Below are positions 8,677 through 17,464 of a stretch of DNA of 64,000 nt, piece after piece. The translations under genes were made by a program, and so were the position numbers. The DNA is from Vulcanimicrobiales bacterium (GTDB lineage: Bacteria; Vulcanimicrobiota; Vulcanimicrobiia; Vulcanimicrobiales; Vulcanimicrobiaceae), in contig JBBRLI010000003.1 of NCBI GenBank assembly GCA_038231455.1, positions 1-64,000 of the forward strand, written 5' to 3'. A model generated the notes under the pieces. It was not told the DNA's origin. It did not search any database and saw nothing but the letters and a program-made list of their open reading frames with translations. The first letter of the stretch is position 1; each line of letters starts with the position of its first letter.

Positions 8677-9966
8677 CTAGAACGTGCGCAGGTACGCGTC
8701 GTGCTCCCAGGGATGCACGGCGCGGCGGTAGCGTTCGTATTCGGCGGTCTTTGCGTCGTGGAACGCGTGATAGATGTGGTCGCCGATCGCGCCTTTCACG
8801 ATCGGATCGCGATCGAGTTCATCGAGCGCAAGCGCGAGCGCGGTCGGCAGTGTCTTGATACCGTGCTCTTGGCGGAAGCGTTCGGTGAGGTCGTACGACG
8901 AACCGGTGAACGGATCGCCGGGCAGGCGGCGCTTGCGAATACCGTCGGCGACCGACTCCATCACGGCCGCAAGCGCAAGATACGGATTGCACGATGCATC
9001 CGGGCTGCGTAATTCGATCGCGGTCTTCGCTCCCGGTGCAACCGGCGGCACGCGTACGAGCGCGTTTGCGCTGCGATGCGACCACACCGTGTAGATCGGT
9101 GCGTCCCACGCGGCGACGAGCCGCTTATACGAATTCACCGTCGGGTTGCAGATGGCCGTGAAACCGGGCGCATGCTCCAGCAGACCGGCAATTGCGTGCA
9201 GGCGCACGTCTTCATCGTCGCTTGGAAGCTGAATGTAGACGTGCAGACCGCTGCCCGCTTGCGCTTCGAGGGGCTTCGGCATGAACGTCGCGTGCGAACC
9301 TTGGCGGTTGGCAATTTGCTTTGCTACGCCGCGCAGGGTCGTGAGTTCGTCTGCCGTGGCAAGCACGCTGCGCGGTGCGAGATCGATCTCGTGTTGGCCG
9401 GCACCGTGCTCGTGGTGCGCGCTTGAAACGGGAATGCCCATCGCTTCGAGCGCAGAGACCATCGACGTACGCGCATCGTAGCCGCGGTCGCTTGCGGAAA
9501 AATCGAAATACGAGCCGGAATCGATCGTCGTCGTCGAGGGACGCCCATCGGCGGTGCGGTCGAAGAGATAGAACTCGACTTCGAGCGCCGTCGTGACGCC
9601 TTTGAGGACGTCGTTTGCATCTTCGAGTACGCGGCGCAGCGTCGTGCGCGGACAGCCTTCGAACGGCGTACCGTCGGCGACGGCGATATCGCAGAGCATG
9701 CGCGCCTCGACTTCGCCGCCGATCGTCCACGGCAAAATCGCAAACGTCGCGGGATCGGGACGCAGCATCATGTCGACTTCTTCGCCGCGCACGAATCCGT
9801 CGATCGATCCGCCATCGAAACTCACGGCGCCGTCGAGAGCGTGGTCGAGTTCGCTAACCGGGATGGTGATGTTTTTCTCGATACCGAGAATGTCGACGAA
9901 GGCTAGGCGGACGTAGCGCACGTTTCGTTCTTTTGCCGTGCGCAGAATTTCGCGTCGCGTCTGCAC
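8677..9966 (-). CDS. Glutamine synthetase family protein (divergent)
   Basis: FDGGSIDGF, LEVEFYLF, HHEHGAGQHEI, ATFMPKP, NSYKRLV and IELRSPD motifs. Start is GTG 9966 or ATG 9987. Confidence 0.88.
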   Translation of the reverse strand: MQTRREILRTAKERNVRYVRLAFVDILGIEKNITIPVSELDHALDGAVSFDGGSIDGFVRGEEVDMMLRPDPATFAILPWTIGGEVEARMLCDIAVADGTPFEGCPRTTLRRVLEDANDVLKGVTTALEVEFYLFDRTADGRPSTTTIDSGSYFDFSASDRGYDARTSMVSALEAMGIPVSSAHHEHGAGQHEIDLAPRSVLATADELTTLRGVAKQIANRQGSHATFMPKPLEAQAGSGLHVYIQLPSDDEDVRLHAIAGLLEHAPGFTAICNPTVNSYKRLVAAWDAPIYTVWSHRSANALVRVPPVAPGAKTAIELRSPDASCNPYLALAAVMESVADGIRKRRLPGDPFTGSSYDLTERFRQEHGIKTLPTALALALDELDRDPIVKGAIGDHIYHAFHDAKTAEYERYRRAVHPWEHDAYLRTF

Positions 9967-9970
9967 GCCG

Positions 9971-11143
9971 TTAGTTCCCGAGTGCATCGAGCGCGATCGC
10001 CGTGCGCAAGGTGAGCTGATCGTGCGGGCTATCGAGATCGAGGCCGCCGATCTCACCGATCTGACGCAAGCGATAAAAGACCGTGTGTCGGTGAACGTTG
10101 AGCGAGGCGGCAGCCACTTTGATATTCTGTCCTACATCGAAGAAGAGGCGGAGCGTACGAATGAGTTCCGTCTGGTGTTTGTCATCGTAATTGCGCAGCG
10201 GCTCGAGGACGCGTTCGGAGAACTTCTGCAGTTCTTCGCGCGTGCCGCCGCCACGCAGCAACAACGGATAGATGCCGAGATCCTCGTACGGCATGATGCG
10301 CGCGCCGCCGAACATGCGTCGCGCGATCGTGAGCGCTTCGCGTGCCTGATCGACCGACGTTGCAACGCTCAGCATTTCGTGATGTGTGCCGACGCCGCCA
10401 ACGATGCGAACGTCGGCATGCGCGCGGGTGAGGGCTTTAGGAATCATCGTCGCGGCGGTACGGGCGTTTGCCGCATCGACTTCGAGCGGGGCGGGGACGA
10501 GGAAGAAAAATCCGCCGCCGCGCTCGATGACGACGACTTCGCCCGAGCGCGACCCCAGCACGTCCAAACACACGCGCCGAATCTCGGCCATCTTTTGAGC
10601 GGCCGCCGATTCATCGAGCCCTTCGGGTTCGATCGCCACGGCCACGTATCCGGCCGAAAGCGTGATGCCGCGGGCGCTTGCGTCTTCGCGTGCCTCGGCC
10701 GGGTCGTCATAGGCGCGCGCGAGCAGGCGGTCCCAAAAAGAACGCCGTCGGCCTTTGCTGCCGCCGGTATCGCGCGAGAGTTCGACGGCGATGGTCGCTG
10801 CGGTGAGACGGACGTACCCGCTCGAGGGCGGCTTGCCATCGCCCGGAAAAATCGTCAGCCAGCCCAGACGCGTGTCGCCGACTCGGATCGCAAATGCCCG
10901 CGCGCCGGGCCCGGCGTTCGCGGAAAGCGTCACGCCTTCGCCTGCATCCACGGCCTTGCGGTCGAGCAAATCACGCACGGATGGCGGCACCGATCGCGTT
11001 CCCGCGCCGGCAAGAGCCAGATGGCGCCACTCGGCGTCTTCAACTAAAACGGCCGCGCCGAGCGTCTCGGCGAGGTGCGCGGCAAGGGCTTTTGCACCGC
11101 CACCCGAGGCAGCGATCCGCGCCGAAGCCTCGGCGAAGGTCAG
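9971..11143 (-). CDS. PucR/CdaR family transcriptional regulator
   Basis: C-terminal LIRTLRLFFDVGQNIKVAAASLNVHRHTVFYRLRQI helix-turn-helix with a GGDEF-like middle region. Start uncertain (CTG 11143 or GTG 11242). Confidence 0.85.
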   Translation of the reverse strand: MTFAEASARIAASGGGAKALAAHLAETLGAAVLVEDAEWRHLALAGAGTRSVPPSVRDLLDRKAVDAGEGVTLSANAGPGARAFAIRVGDTRLGWLTIFPGDGKPPSSGYVRLTAATIAVELSRDTGGSKGRRRSFWDRLLARAYDDPAEAREDASARGITLSAGYVAVAIEPEGLDESAAAQKMAEIRRVCLDVLGSRSGEVVVIERGGGFFFLVPAPLEVDAANARTAATMIPKALTRAHADVRIVGGVGTHHEMLSVATSVDQAREALTIARRMFGGARIMPYEDLGIYPLLLRGGGTREELQKFSERVLEPLRNYDDKHQTELIRTLRLFFDVGQNIKVAAASLNVHRHTVFYRLRQIGEIGGLDLDSPHDQLTLRTAIALDALGN

Positions 11144-11218
11144 AAGATCCGCTGCGCTGGTCGGTGGAATCTGGGCGCCCGAACGGACGCGCGAGCGTCC
11201 ATCCCGAACCGGCTTGGC

Positions 11219-11548
11219 ATGAATCCCATTCTCATCGTGCACTACGTTCTTGGTATCCTCGTCGCGCTCGTTGCAGCCCTTTGGGTTTGGCAACAGTTGG
11301 GGCGCCGGGTGATGCTCTATTTGTTGACTCTCCAGATTGCGATCGGGGTCTATCTGATCGTGAGCGGCCTCAAAGCGCCATCGGTTCATTATGCTCTTGC
11401 GGTAGTCGCGTGGATTGGCTACATGGCCGCGAACGCAATGTTCCGCAAACCCGAGCGTCGTCAGTTGGCCCTTGGAATCACCGGGCTTTCCACCGTACTC
11501 GTTTTGGTCGCGTTTTATATCGGCTATCGCGCAGTAGCACCCGGGTAA
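11219..11548 (+). CDS. Small four-TM membrane protein
   Basis: ATG 11219, 109 aa with four hydrophobic segments, abutting the diguanylate cyclase gene. Confidence 0.7.
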   Translation: MNPILIVHYVLGILVALVAALWVWQQLGRRVMLYLLTLQIAIGVYLIVSGLKAPSVHYALAVVAWIGYMAANAMFRKPERRQLALGITGLSTVLVLVAFYIGYRAVAPG

Positions 11549-13399
11549 GTGGACGACTCCTCGCGAACCGACGGACCTAGCGGTATGGCCTCAGACATGC
11601 GTGGTTCCTCCGTTGGTCGCGGGGAAAACACTTTCGAAGATTCCGTCAACGGTCTCACGAGCACCGGTTTCGTTGAGTCTCTCTTTTTGCGTTCTCTCGA
11701 CGCCATCATGGTATACGACTGCGATGGGTTGGTGCGTCAAGCAAACCCCGCTGCCGAACAGTTGATGGGCGCAACGGAAGCGGAATTCGTGGAGACGAAA
11801 CTCGGCGACCGTTTGCACCCGGACGATATTGCACGAGCGCGCGAAGCGTTCGACCGCGCGCTGGACGATCGCACCACCGAGTTTGAGGGGCGCCTCCGTC
11901 GCGGCGACGGCTCGATGTTCGAAGCGGCGATCATGCTCATCCCGATCGCTAACGCGGGAAAAGTGACCGGCATCTGCGGGATCGCACGCGAAATCTCGGC
12001 GCGCAAAGACATCGAGCGTGCGCTCTTCGAGGCGACGCAAAAATTCCGCTCGCTCTTCGAGTACTATGACGATCCTGTTGCGCTCGTCGATCTCGAAGGT
12101 GCGATTACGGCGGTCAACGCGGCGACCTCGACGATGACGGGGCACTCGCCCGAAGACTTGCTCGATCGACCGTATACGGATCTCCTCGTGCCGATCAATC
12201 CGGAAGAAGCGCGGCAGCTCTTCCCGCGCATCGCGCACGTGCGCGCCGTCTCCACGCCCGCAGTGCTCTTGTCGCGCACGCAGCAAAAACTCGACGTGCT
12301 GCTCAAGGCGATTCCGGTGCTCGTCGACGAGCGTGTCGTCGGCGCCTATTTAATTGCGCACGATCTCACCGCGGAACGTTCGGCCGAGCGCGATGCTCGC
12401 GAGCAGGCCGAGCGCCTCCGTTCTCTCCACGCGGTGACGGTCTCGGCGGGTGCGACGGTCCTCGAACAATTGCACGCGACCCTCGATGCCGGACGGCTGC
12501 TCCTCGAGTGCGATTTTGCCTCGATCTCGATGCTCGAAGAAGACGATCTCGTCGTGCGTTACGCCAGCGGTTCGATTCACGGACTCGGCGTCGGATCGCG
12601 CGTCGGGGCGCACGAATCCTTCGTCGGACGCATCTTTACGATCGATGATGTGCTGATCGACGAAGACGTGAACGGTCACGACTTCGGCGCGCATGTCGAT
12701 GCACCGCAGGATGCGTTCAAATCGTATATCGGCGGACCGATCCGGCTGAAAGGCCGAACGGCCGGCTCGATCGCCTTCTTGCGTTCGACCGAACAAGAGC
12801 GTTTTCGAACGATCGATGTCGATCTGGTGCGGCTCGTCGGCGCGCTTTGCGCCTCGGCGATCGAACGGATCGAACATGAAGCCCGCCTCGATCAGTTGGC
12901 ATTCACCGATCCGCTCACGGGATTGCCGAACCGGTTGGTGCTCGACGATCGTCTGCGCTATGCAATCGCCACTTCACGCCGTCAGAAGCAGCGCTTCGCG
13001 CTGATGTTCCTCGATCTCGACCACTTCAAGTCGATCAACGATACGTACGGACACCTCGCGGGCGACGCCGTGCTGCGCGGTGTTGCGAGTCGCCTGCAAT
13101 ACGTGTTGCGCGATAGCGATACGGTCGCGCGCATCGGCGGCGATGAATTCGTCATCGTGCAGCCCAATATCGGCGCGACCTCGGATGTCTTCGACCTCTC
13201 GCGCCGTTTGCTCAGTGCCTTCGAAAAACCACTAACCGTCGACGGGCGCGAATTCCCGATCGGTGTGAGTATCGGCATTGCGATCTATCCGGACGATGCC
13301 GCTGATGCCTCCGCCTTACTCGAACGCGCGGACTCCGCACTCTATCGCTCCAAAGCCGACGGCCGCGGACGCGCGAGCGTTTTTACGACGGGTTCGTAA
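11549..13399 (+). CDS. PAS-PAS-GAF-GGDEF diguanylate cyclase
   Basis: Two PAS domains, a GAF domain, TDPLTGLPNR, DLDHFKSINDTYGH, and RDSD I-site followed by ARIGGDEF. Confidence 0.93.
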   Translation: MDDSSRTDGPSGMASDMRGSSVGRGENTFEDSVNGLTSTGFVESLFLRSLDAIMVYDCDGLVRQANPAAEQLMGATEAEFVETKLGDRLHPDDIARAREAFDRALDDRTTEFEGRLRRGDGSMFEAAIMLIPIANAGKVTGICGIAREISARKDIERALFEATQKFRSLFEYYDDPVALVDLEGAITAVNAATSTMTGHSPEDLLDRPYTDLLVPINPEEARQLFPRIAHVRAVSTPAVLLSRTQQKLDVLLKAIPVLVDERVVGAYLIAHDLTAERSAERDAREQAERLRSLHAVTVSAGATVLEQLHATLDAGRLLLECDFASISMLEEDDLVVRYASGSIHGLGVGSRVGAHESFVGRIFTIDDVLIDEDVNGHDFGAHVDAPQDAFKSYIGGPIRLKGRTAGSIAFLRSTEQERFRTIDVDLVRLVGALCASAIERIEHEARLDQLAFTDPLTGLPNRLVLDDRLRYAIATSRRQKQRFALMFLDLDHFKSINDTYGHLAGDAVLRGVASRLQYVLRDSDTVARIGGDEFVIVQPNIGATSDVFDLSRRLLSAFEKPLTVDGREFPIGVSIGIAIYPDDAADASALLERADSALYRSKADGRGRASVFTTGS

Positions 13400-14687
13400 T
13401 CGTCTGATAGACCGAGAGTAAGGTGATACTGCCGACGACGATCGCCGTCGCCCAGGCGATCGCGTTGAACGTTCGGCTGTTCTTGTACGTTCCCATCAGT
13501 GAGACTTTGTTTACGAGAATGATCATGAAGATCAAGAGAAACGGCAAGAGAACGCCGGAGAAAATCTGCGAGAAGTTGATGAGCCGTAGCAGTTGCTCCG
13601 TCGGGATGAGCATCACGAGCGTTGCGCCGATCGCAATCACCGCTGCGTAGAGCGAGAAGAAGACCGGTGCCTCGCTAAAGCGGTGATCGACGCCGCTTTC
13701 GAATCCGCCGGCTTCGCAGACGAAATACGCGGTCGAGAGCGGCAAGATCGACGCGGTAAAAATTCCGGCGTTGAGGATACCGAACGCAAAGAGAAACTGC
13801 GCGAAGTTGCCGGCCAGCGGTGCGAGCGCGCGTGCCGCGTCGGCAGCCACCGTGATCGTGATCGGATGCGCCGAGCCCACATTCGAGACGTAGATGGTCG
13901 CTGCCGTGCAGAGGATCATGAAGAATGACATGAAGTCCGTGACGAGGCAGCCGAAGATGACGTCGATGCGCGAGAGGGCATAGTCGCGCGCGCGGATGCC
14001 TTTCTCGACGATCGCGGCCTGGATGTAAAAACACATCCACGGTGAGATCGTCGTTCCGATGAGCGCGATGATCATCCAGAGATAGGACGAGTTGCCCTGC
14101 ACGGTCGGAATCAGAAATCCGCGCCACACGTCGTGCCAATGCGGCTGCGCTTTGAAGCCCGAGACCACGTAGGTAAAATACACCGCCGAGGCGCCGAGGA
14201 AGATGCGTTCGGTGATCTTGCGGTTGAGTCGCAACACCATAAAGAAGACGCCGATCGCGACGATCGGAACGGTAATGTAGTGACTGTTCGGCCGGAAGAT
14301 ATCCGAGGCCGTTGCGACACCGGCGAACTCTGCGGCTGTCGTAAAAATATTGGATCCGACGAATGCGACCATGACGAAGAACGTCCAGCGCACGCCGAAG
14401 TTCTCGCGGATGAGTCCGGCCAGCCCCTTGCCGGTAACGGCGCCCATGCGCGCGGCCATTTCTTGCACGACGATCAGCGCGATCGTGATCGGGATGAGCG
14501 TCCAGAGAATCGGGTAGCCAAATTGCGCACCCGCCTGCGAGTAGACGGTGATACCGCCGACATCGTTATCGGCGCTTGCGGTGATAATCCCCGGTCCTAA
14601 GATACCGAGAAAGAGCACGAGGCGCGCGCGCAGAGAGAGGCGTCGCGGCGAGCGGGCCGTCGCGATATCGGGGTTCGGCTGATTCAC
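13383..14687 (-). CDS. Nramp-family divalent cation transporter (Mg2+ NrmT-like)
   Basis: LGPGIITASADNDVGGI, QEMAARMGAVTGKGL and GTTISPW motifs. GTG start overlaps the upstream stop (GTGA). Confidence 0.88.
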   Translation of the reverse strand: MNQPNPDIATARSPRRLSLRARLVLFLGILGPGIITASADNDVGGITVYSQAGAQFGYPILWTLIPITIALIVVQEMAARMGAVTGKGLAGLIRENFGVRWTFFVMVAFVGSNIFTTAAEFAGVATASDIFRPNSHYITVPIVAIGVFFMVLRLNRKITERIFLGASAVYFTYVVSGFKAQPHWHDVWRGFLIPTVQGNSSYLWMIIALIGTTISPWMCFYIQAAIVEKGIRARDYALSRIDVIFGCLVTDFMSFFMILCTAATIYVSNVGSAHPITITVAADAARALAPLAGNFAQFLFAFGILNAGIFTASILPLSTAYFVCEAGGFESGVDHRFSEAPVFFSLYAAVIAIGATLVMLIPTEQLLRLINFSQIFSGVLLPFLLIFMIILVNKVSLMGTYKNSRTFNAIAWATAIVVGSITLLSVYQTITNPS

Positions 14688-15967
14688 GTCGGTTGCTTCC
14701 GCTGACGGTGCGTAAAGCGCGGCAGCCGGTTTTTGACTTTCTCGGGAATGATCGCGTCGATTGCATCGTCGACCGTGACGATGCCGAGCATGCGGTGGTT
14801 CGCGTCGACGACGGGACACGCAAGCAGATCGTACTGCGCGATCATCGCGGCGACGTCTTCGCCGGGTGTGAACGGACTTACGCTGACGATCTCGGTGTCC
14901 ATCACTTCACTGATCGACGTGTCGGGTGAGGAGAGCAACAGCGTTCGCAGCGAGAGAACGCCGAGCAGCGTTTTCTCGTGATCGGTGACGTAGAGGTAGT
15001 AGACGAACTCGCTTTCCGGGCCGATCTCGCGAATTTTCGCAATCGTCGCGCCGATCGTGCGATGCGGATAGATCCAGACATAGTCGGTCGTCATCAAGCC
15101 ACCGGCCGTGTCGTCTTCGTAGCGCACGAGATCCCGCAACTCGCCGGCCGTCTCGGGTTCCATCTCCGCGAGAAGCTCGGCCTGCTGTTCTGCGGGAAGA
15201 TCGCCGAGCAGATCGGCTGCGTCATCCGCGTCCATTTCTTCGATGATATCGGCGGCGCGCTCGGTGCCGAGATCCTCGAGAATCGAGCGCTGGGTATCGG
15301 CATCGAGATGTTCGAGCGCGTCGGCTGCCGTCTCGTCGTCGAGTTGACGCACGATGCGCGAGGCATCGCTTGCGGAGAGATCCGAGATGATCGCGGCAAG
15401 TTCGGAGGGATGGAGACGCGCGAGGCGATTCTCTTCGACTTCCAACCGGATTTGGTTCGGATTCATGTCGTCGATCGGCGCGACGTTGTTCCAGGCGATG
15501 ATCGTGCGCGGGACGCGATCGAGCAGGCGCGGTGAAAGTTTGCCGACGCCCATACGTCGCAGCAATCCGGAAAGGCCGATGTCCGCAGCGACGACGCGCA
15601 GCGCCCCGCCGGTCTGGGCGATCTCGATGTCGTTGATGCGCACGACTTTGCGACCGTGGACGTCGACGATCTGTTTGTCGAAGAGATCCTCGACGAGGAA
15701 GAGGGCTTCATCGGCGGCAGCCGTTGCGTTCGTCGGGGCCCGGGCGACGACGAGGTGGCCGTCGCGATCCACATCGACCACGTCCTCGATCGGTGCCACG
15801 CGGTTGCCGTCGCGCGTTTTTACAACGATGCTCGAGACCTTGGGGAAATGCTCACCCGGCTCGTTCACGACAAAATCGACGAGCCGCCCGACCGTCGTCG
15901 TGCGTTCGCCATCAACGATCACGCTGCGCCCGATGATCTCGGACAAGTAGCCGGACTGGAAGGGCAT
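14684..15967 (-). CDS. PRC-barrel/MgtE intracellular N-domain/CBS-pair protein without TM domain
   Basis: DKQIVDVHGRKVVRIND, acidic MgtE-N repeats, YEDDTAGGLMT, YYLYVTD and GIVTVDDAID. Confidence 0.88.
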   Translation of the reverse strand: MPFQSGYLSEIIGRSVIVDGERTTTVGRLVDFVVNEPGEHFPKVSSIVVKTRDGNRVAPIEDVVDVDRDGHLVVARAPTNATAAADEALFLVEDLFDKQIVDVHGRKVVRINDIEIAQTGGALRVVAADIGLSGLLRRMGVGKLSPRLLDRVPRTIIAWNNVAPIDDMNPNQIRLEVEENRLARLHPSELAAIISDLSASDASRIVRQLDDETAADALEHLDADTQRSILEDLGTERAADIIEEMDADDAADLLGDLPAEQQAELLAEMEPETAGELRDLVRYEDDTAGGLMTTDYVWIYPHRTIGATIAKIREIGPESEFVYYLYVTDHEKTLLGVLSLRTLLLSSPDTSISEVMDTEIVSVSPFTPGEDVAAMIAQYDLLACPVVDANHRMLGIVTVDDAIDAIIPEKVKNRLPRFTHRQRKQPT

Positions 15968-15990
15968 AAGGCGCGCGTTCGCCTCGGAGG

Positions 15991-17331
15991 TTAGCGGCCT
16001 CCCCCAAAGAGCTTCAAAACATCTTGGGCGTTGAGGTTAACGGTCTTTAAGAGTTGGTTCTGAACGCTGACCAGAATCTGGTCTTTCGTATGCGCGGTCG
16101 CCTCGGCGGCTAAATTCGCATCGCGGATGTTACTCTCGCTTGCGGTGATGTTCACGCCCTGAAGTTCGTTGTTCGAAATCGCGTTCTCGACGGCGACCGT
16201 TTGCGCGCCGACCTGTGCGCGTGCGTAGCCGATTGCCTCTAAGGCCAGATCGATTCGATAGAGACCGTCCGTCGCGGCGGCATCGACGCTGGTCCCGGGC
16301 ACCGGCGGATTCGCCGTATCCGAGACGTCGGGTGTCGGATAGACCGAGACGTACGAAATCCCGAGCGCCGACGTGCTCACGTTCGGCAGACCGACCGGAA
16401 GCACGTCGCCTTCGACGTGGCCCGAACTTATCTGCAACGGTTGTCCGCCGTCGGGCGGCGTGTCGCGCACCGTCTGGAACGATTGCGCTACACCGACGTC
16501 GGCTTGCGAAAAGTTCGGCAGATCGAATTGGAGGATCGATTGCGCGGGTGTGCCTTGTGTTGTAATCGAGGCGCTTGGGATCGGGCCTACACCGGTCGCG
16601 AACGCTGAAGTTGCAACGATCTGCGGTCCGAACGCGGGATCTCCGCCGTACGCGATAACGTTGAGATAGATACCCGGGCCCGGAGGCACCACCGGAAGTC
16701 CGGTCGTCGGATCGAACGCGGGATTTTGATAGTCAGTGATTTTGAATTGAAGCCACGACGCCGAAACACCATTGCCGACCACGGGATTTGCGATCAACGG
16801 GCCAGGGTTACCGAAAGTATCGGCATCGGTCACGAACCGTGGCGGCAGCAGTCCGGTGGTCTCATCGAGCTTCGCGGGCCGCTCGATCACCGACGCGTTT
16901 TGCGCACCTTTGTTCGAGAGCGATCCGTCAAGCAAGCTGATATTGTTGAACTTCGCGTTACCCGAGATCCGATTGACCTCTTGGAGTAATTGAGTGACTT
17001 CCGTCTGGATGTCCGAGCGGTCGCCCGCGGAGGTGATGTCGGAGTTCGATTCGACCAAAAGCGTCCGAACGCGCTGGAGAATATCGGTCGTCGTCGAGAG
17101 CGCGCCGTCGCCGACGGTGAGCAGGTTGTTCGCGGTGCGCAGATTTTGGGCGCCCGTATCGACACCGCTCGCGAGCGCGCGAAGGCTCTCGGAGATCGCA
17201 AGGCCGCTCGGGTCGTCTTGAGCATTGTTAATGCGCAGACCGCTCGAGAGGCGTTCCGTTTCCGACTTCAGCCGCTGCTGCGTGATGTTGCTGTGGAGCG
17301 AGATTTCGTTCCCCAGCCGCGAGACGTCCAA
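15991..17331 (-). CDS. fliC: Flagellin (divergent)
   Basis: TTG 17331 after RBS AAGGGA. ERLSSGLRINNAQDDPSGLAISESLR, KFNNISLLDG, RAQVGA and SESNIRDANLA motifs. Confidence 0.88.
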   Translation of the reverse strand: MDVSRLGNEISLHSNITQQRLKSETERLSSGLRINNAQDDPSGLAISESLRALASGVDTGAQNLRTANNLLTVGDGALSTTTDILQRVRTLLVESNSDITSAGDRSDIQTEVTQLLQEVNRISGNAKFNNISLLDGSLSNKGAQNASVIERPAKLDETTGLLPPRFVTDADTFGNPGPLIANPVVGNGVSASWLQFKITDYQNPAFDPTTGLPVVPPGPGIYLNVIAYGGDPAFGPQIVATSAFATGVGPIPSASITTQGTPAQSILQFDLPNFSQADVGVAQSFQTVRDTPPDGGQPLQISSGHVEGDVLPVGLPNVSTSALGISYVSVYPTPDVSDTANPPVPGTSVDAAATDGLYRIDLALEAIGYARAQVGAQTVAVENAISNNELQGVNITASESNIRDANLAAEATAHTKDQILVSVQNQLLKTVNLNAQDVLKLFGGGR

Positions 17332-17360
17332 GTAATTCCCTTTGCACCGGTTCTCTTTAC

Positions 17361-17388
17361 GTGTCGGTCCTTTTTGCGTCCGACTTGA
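17361..17388 (-). promoter_or_regulatory. Putative sigma-28 promoter of flagellin (TCAA-N16-ACCGACAC)
   Basis: Resembles TAAA-N15-GCCGATAA and lies about 30 nt upstream of the flagellin start. Confidence 0.5.
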
Positions 17389-17464
17389 ATCCTCCGTGTA
17401 AGGAAGCAGCGTTTTTACGTTGTCTTGATAATGATACGGAGCCCAATCGTCGATGCATTGATGA

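Noticed and set aside
9938-11047. 369-aa plus-strand ORF and similar long antisense ORFs (for example 58663-59652, 59734-60594)
   Set aside because: Shadow frames of well-supported genes in high-GC DNA, with no motifs.
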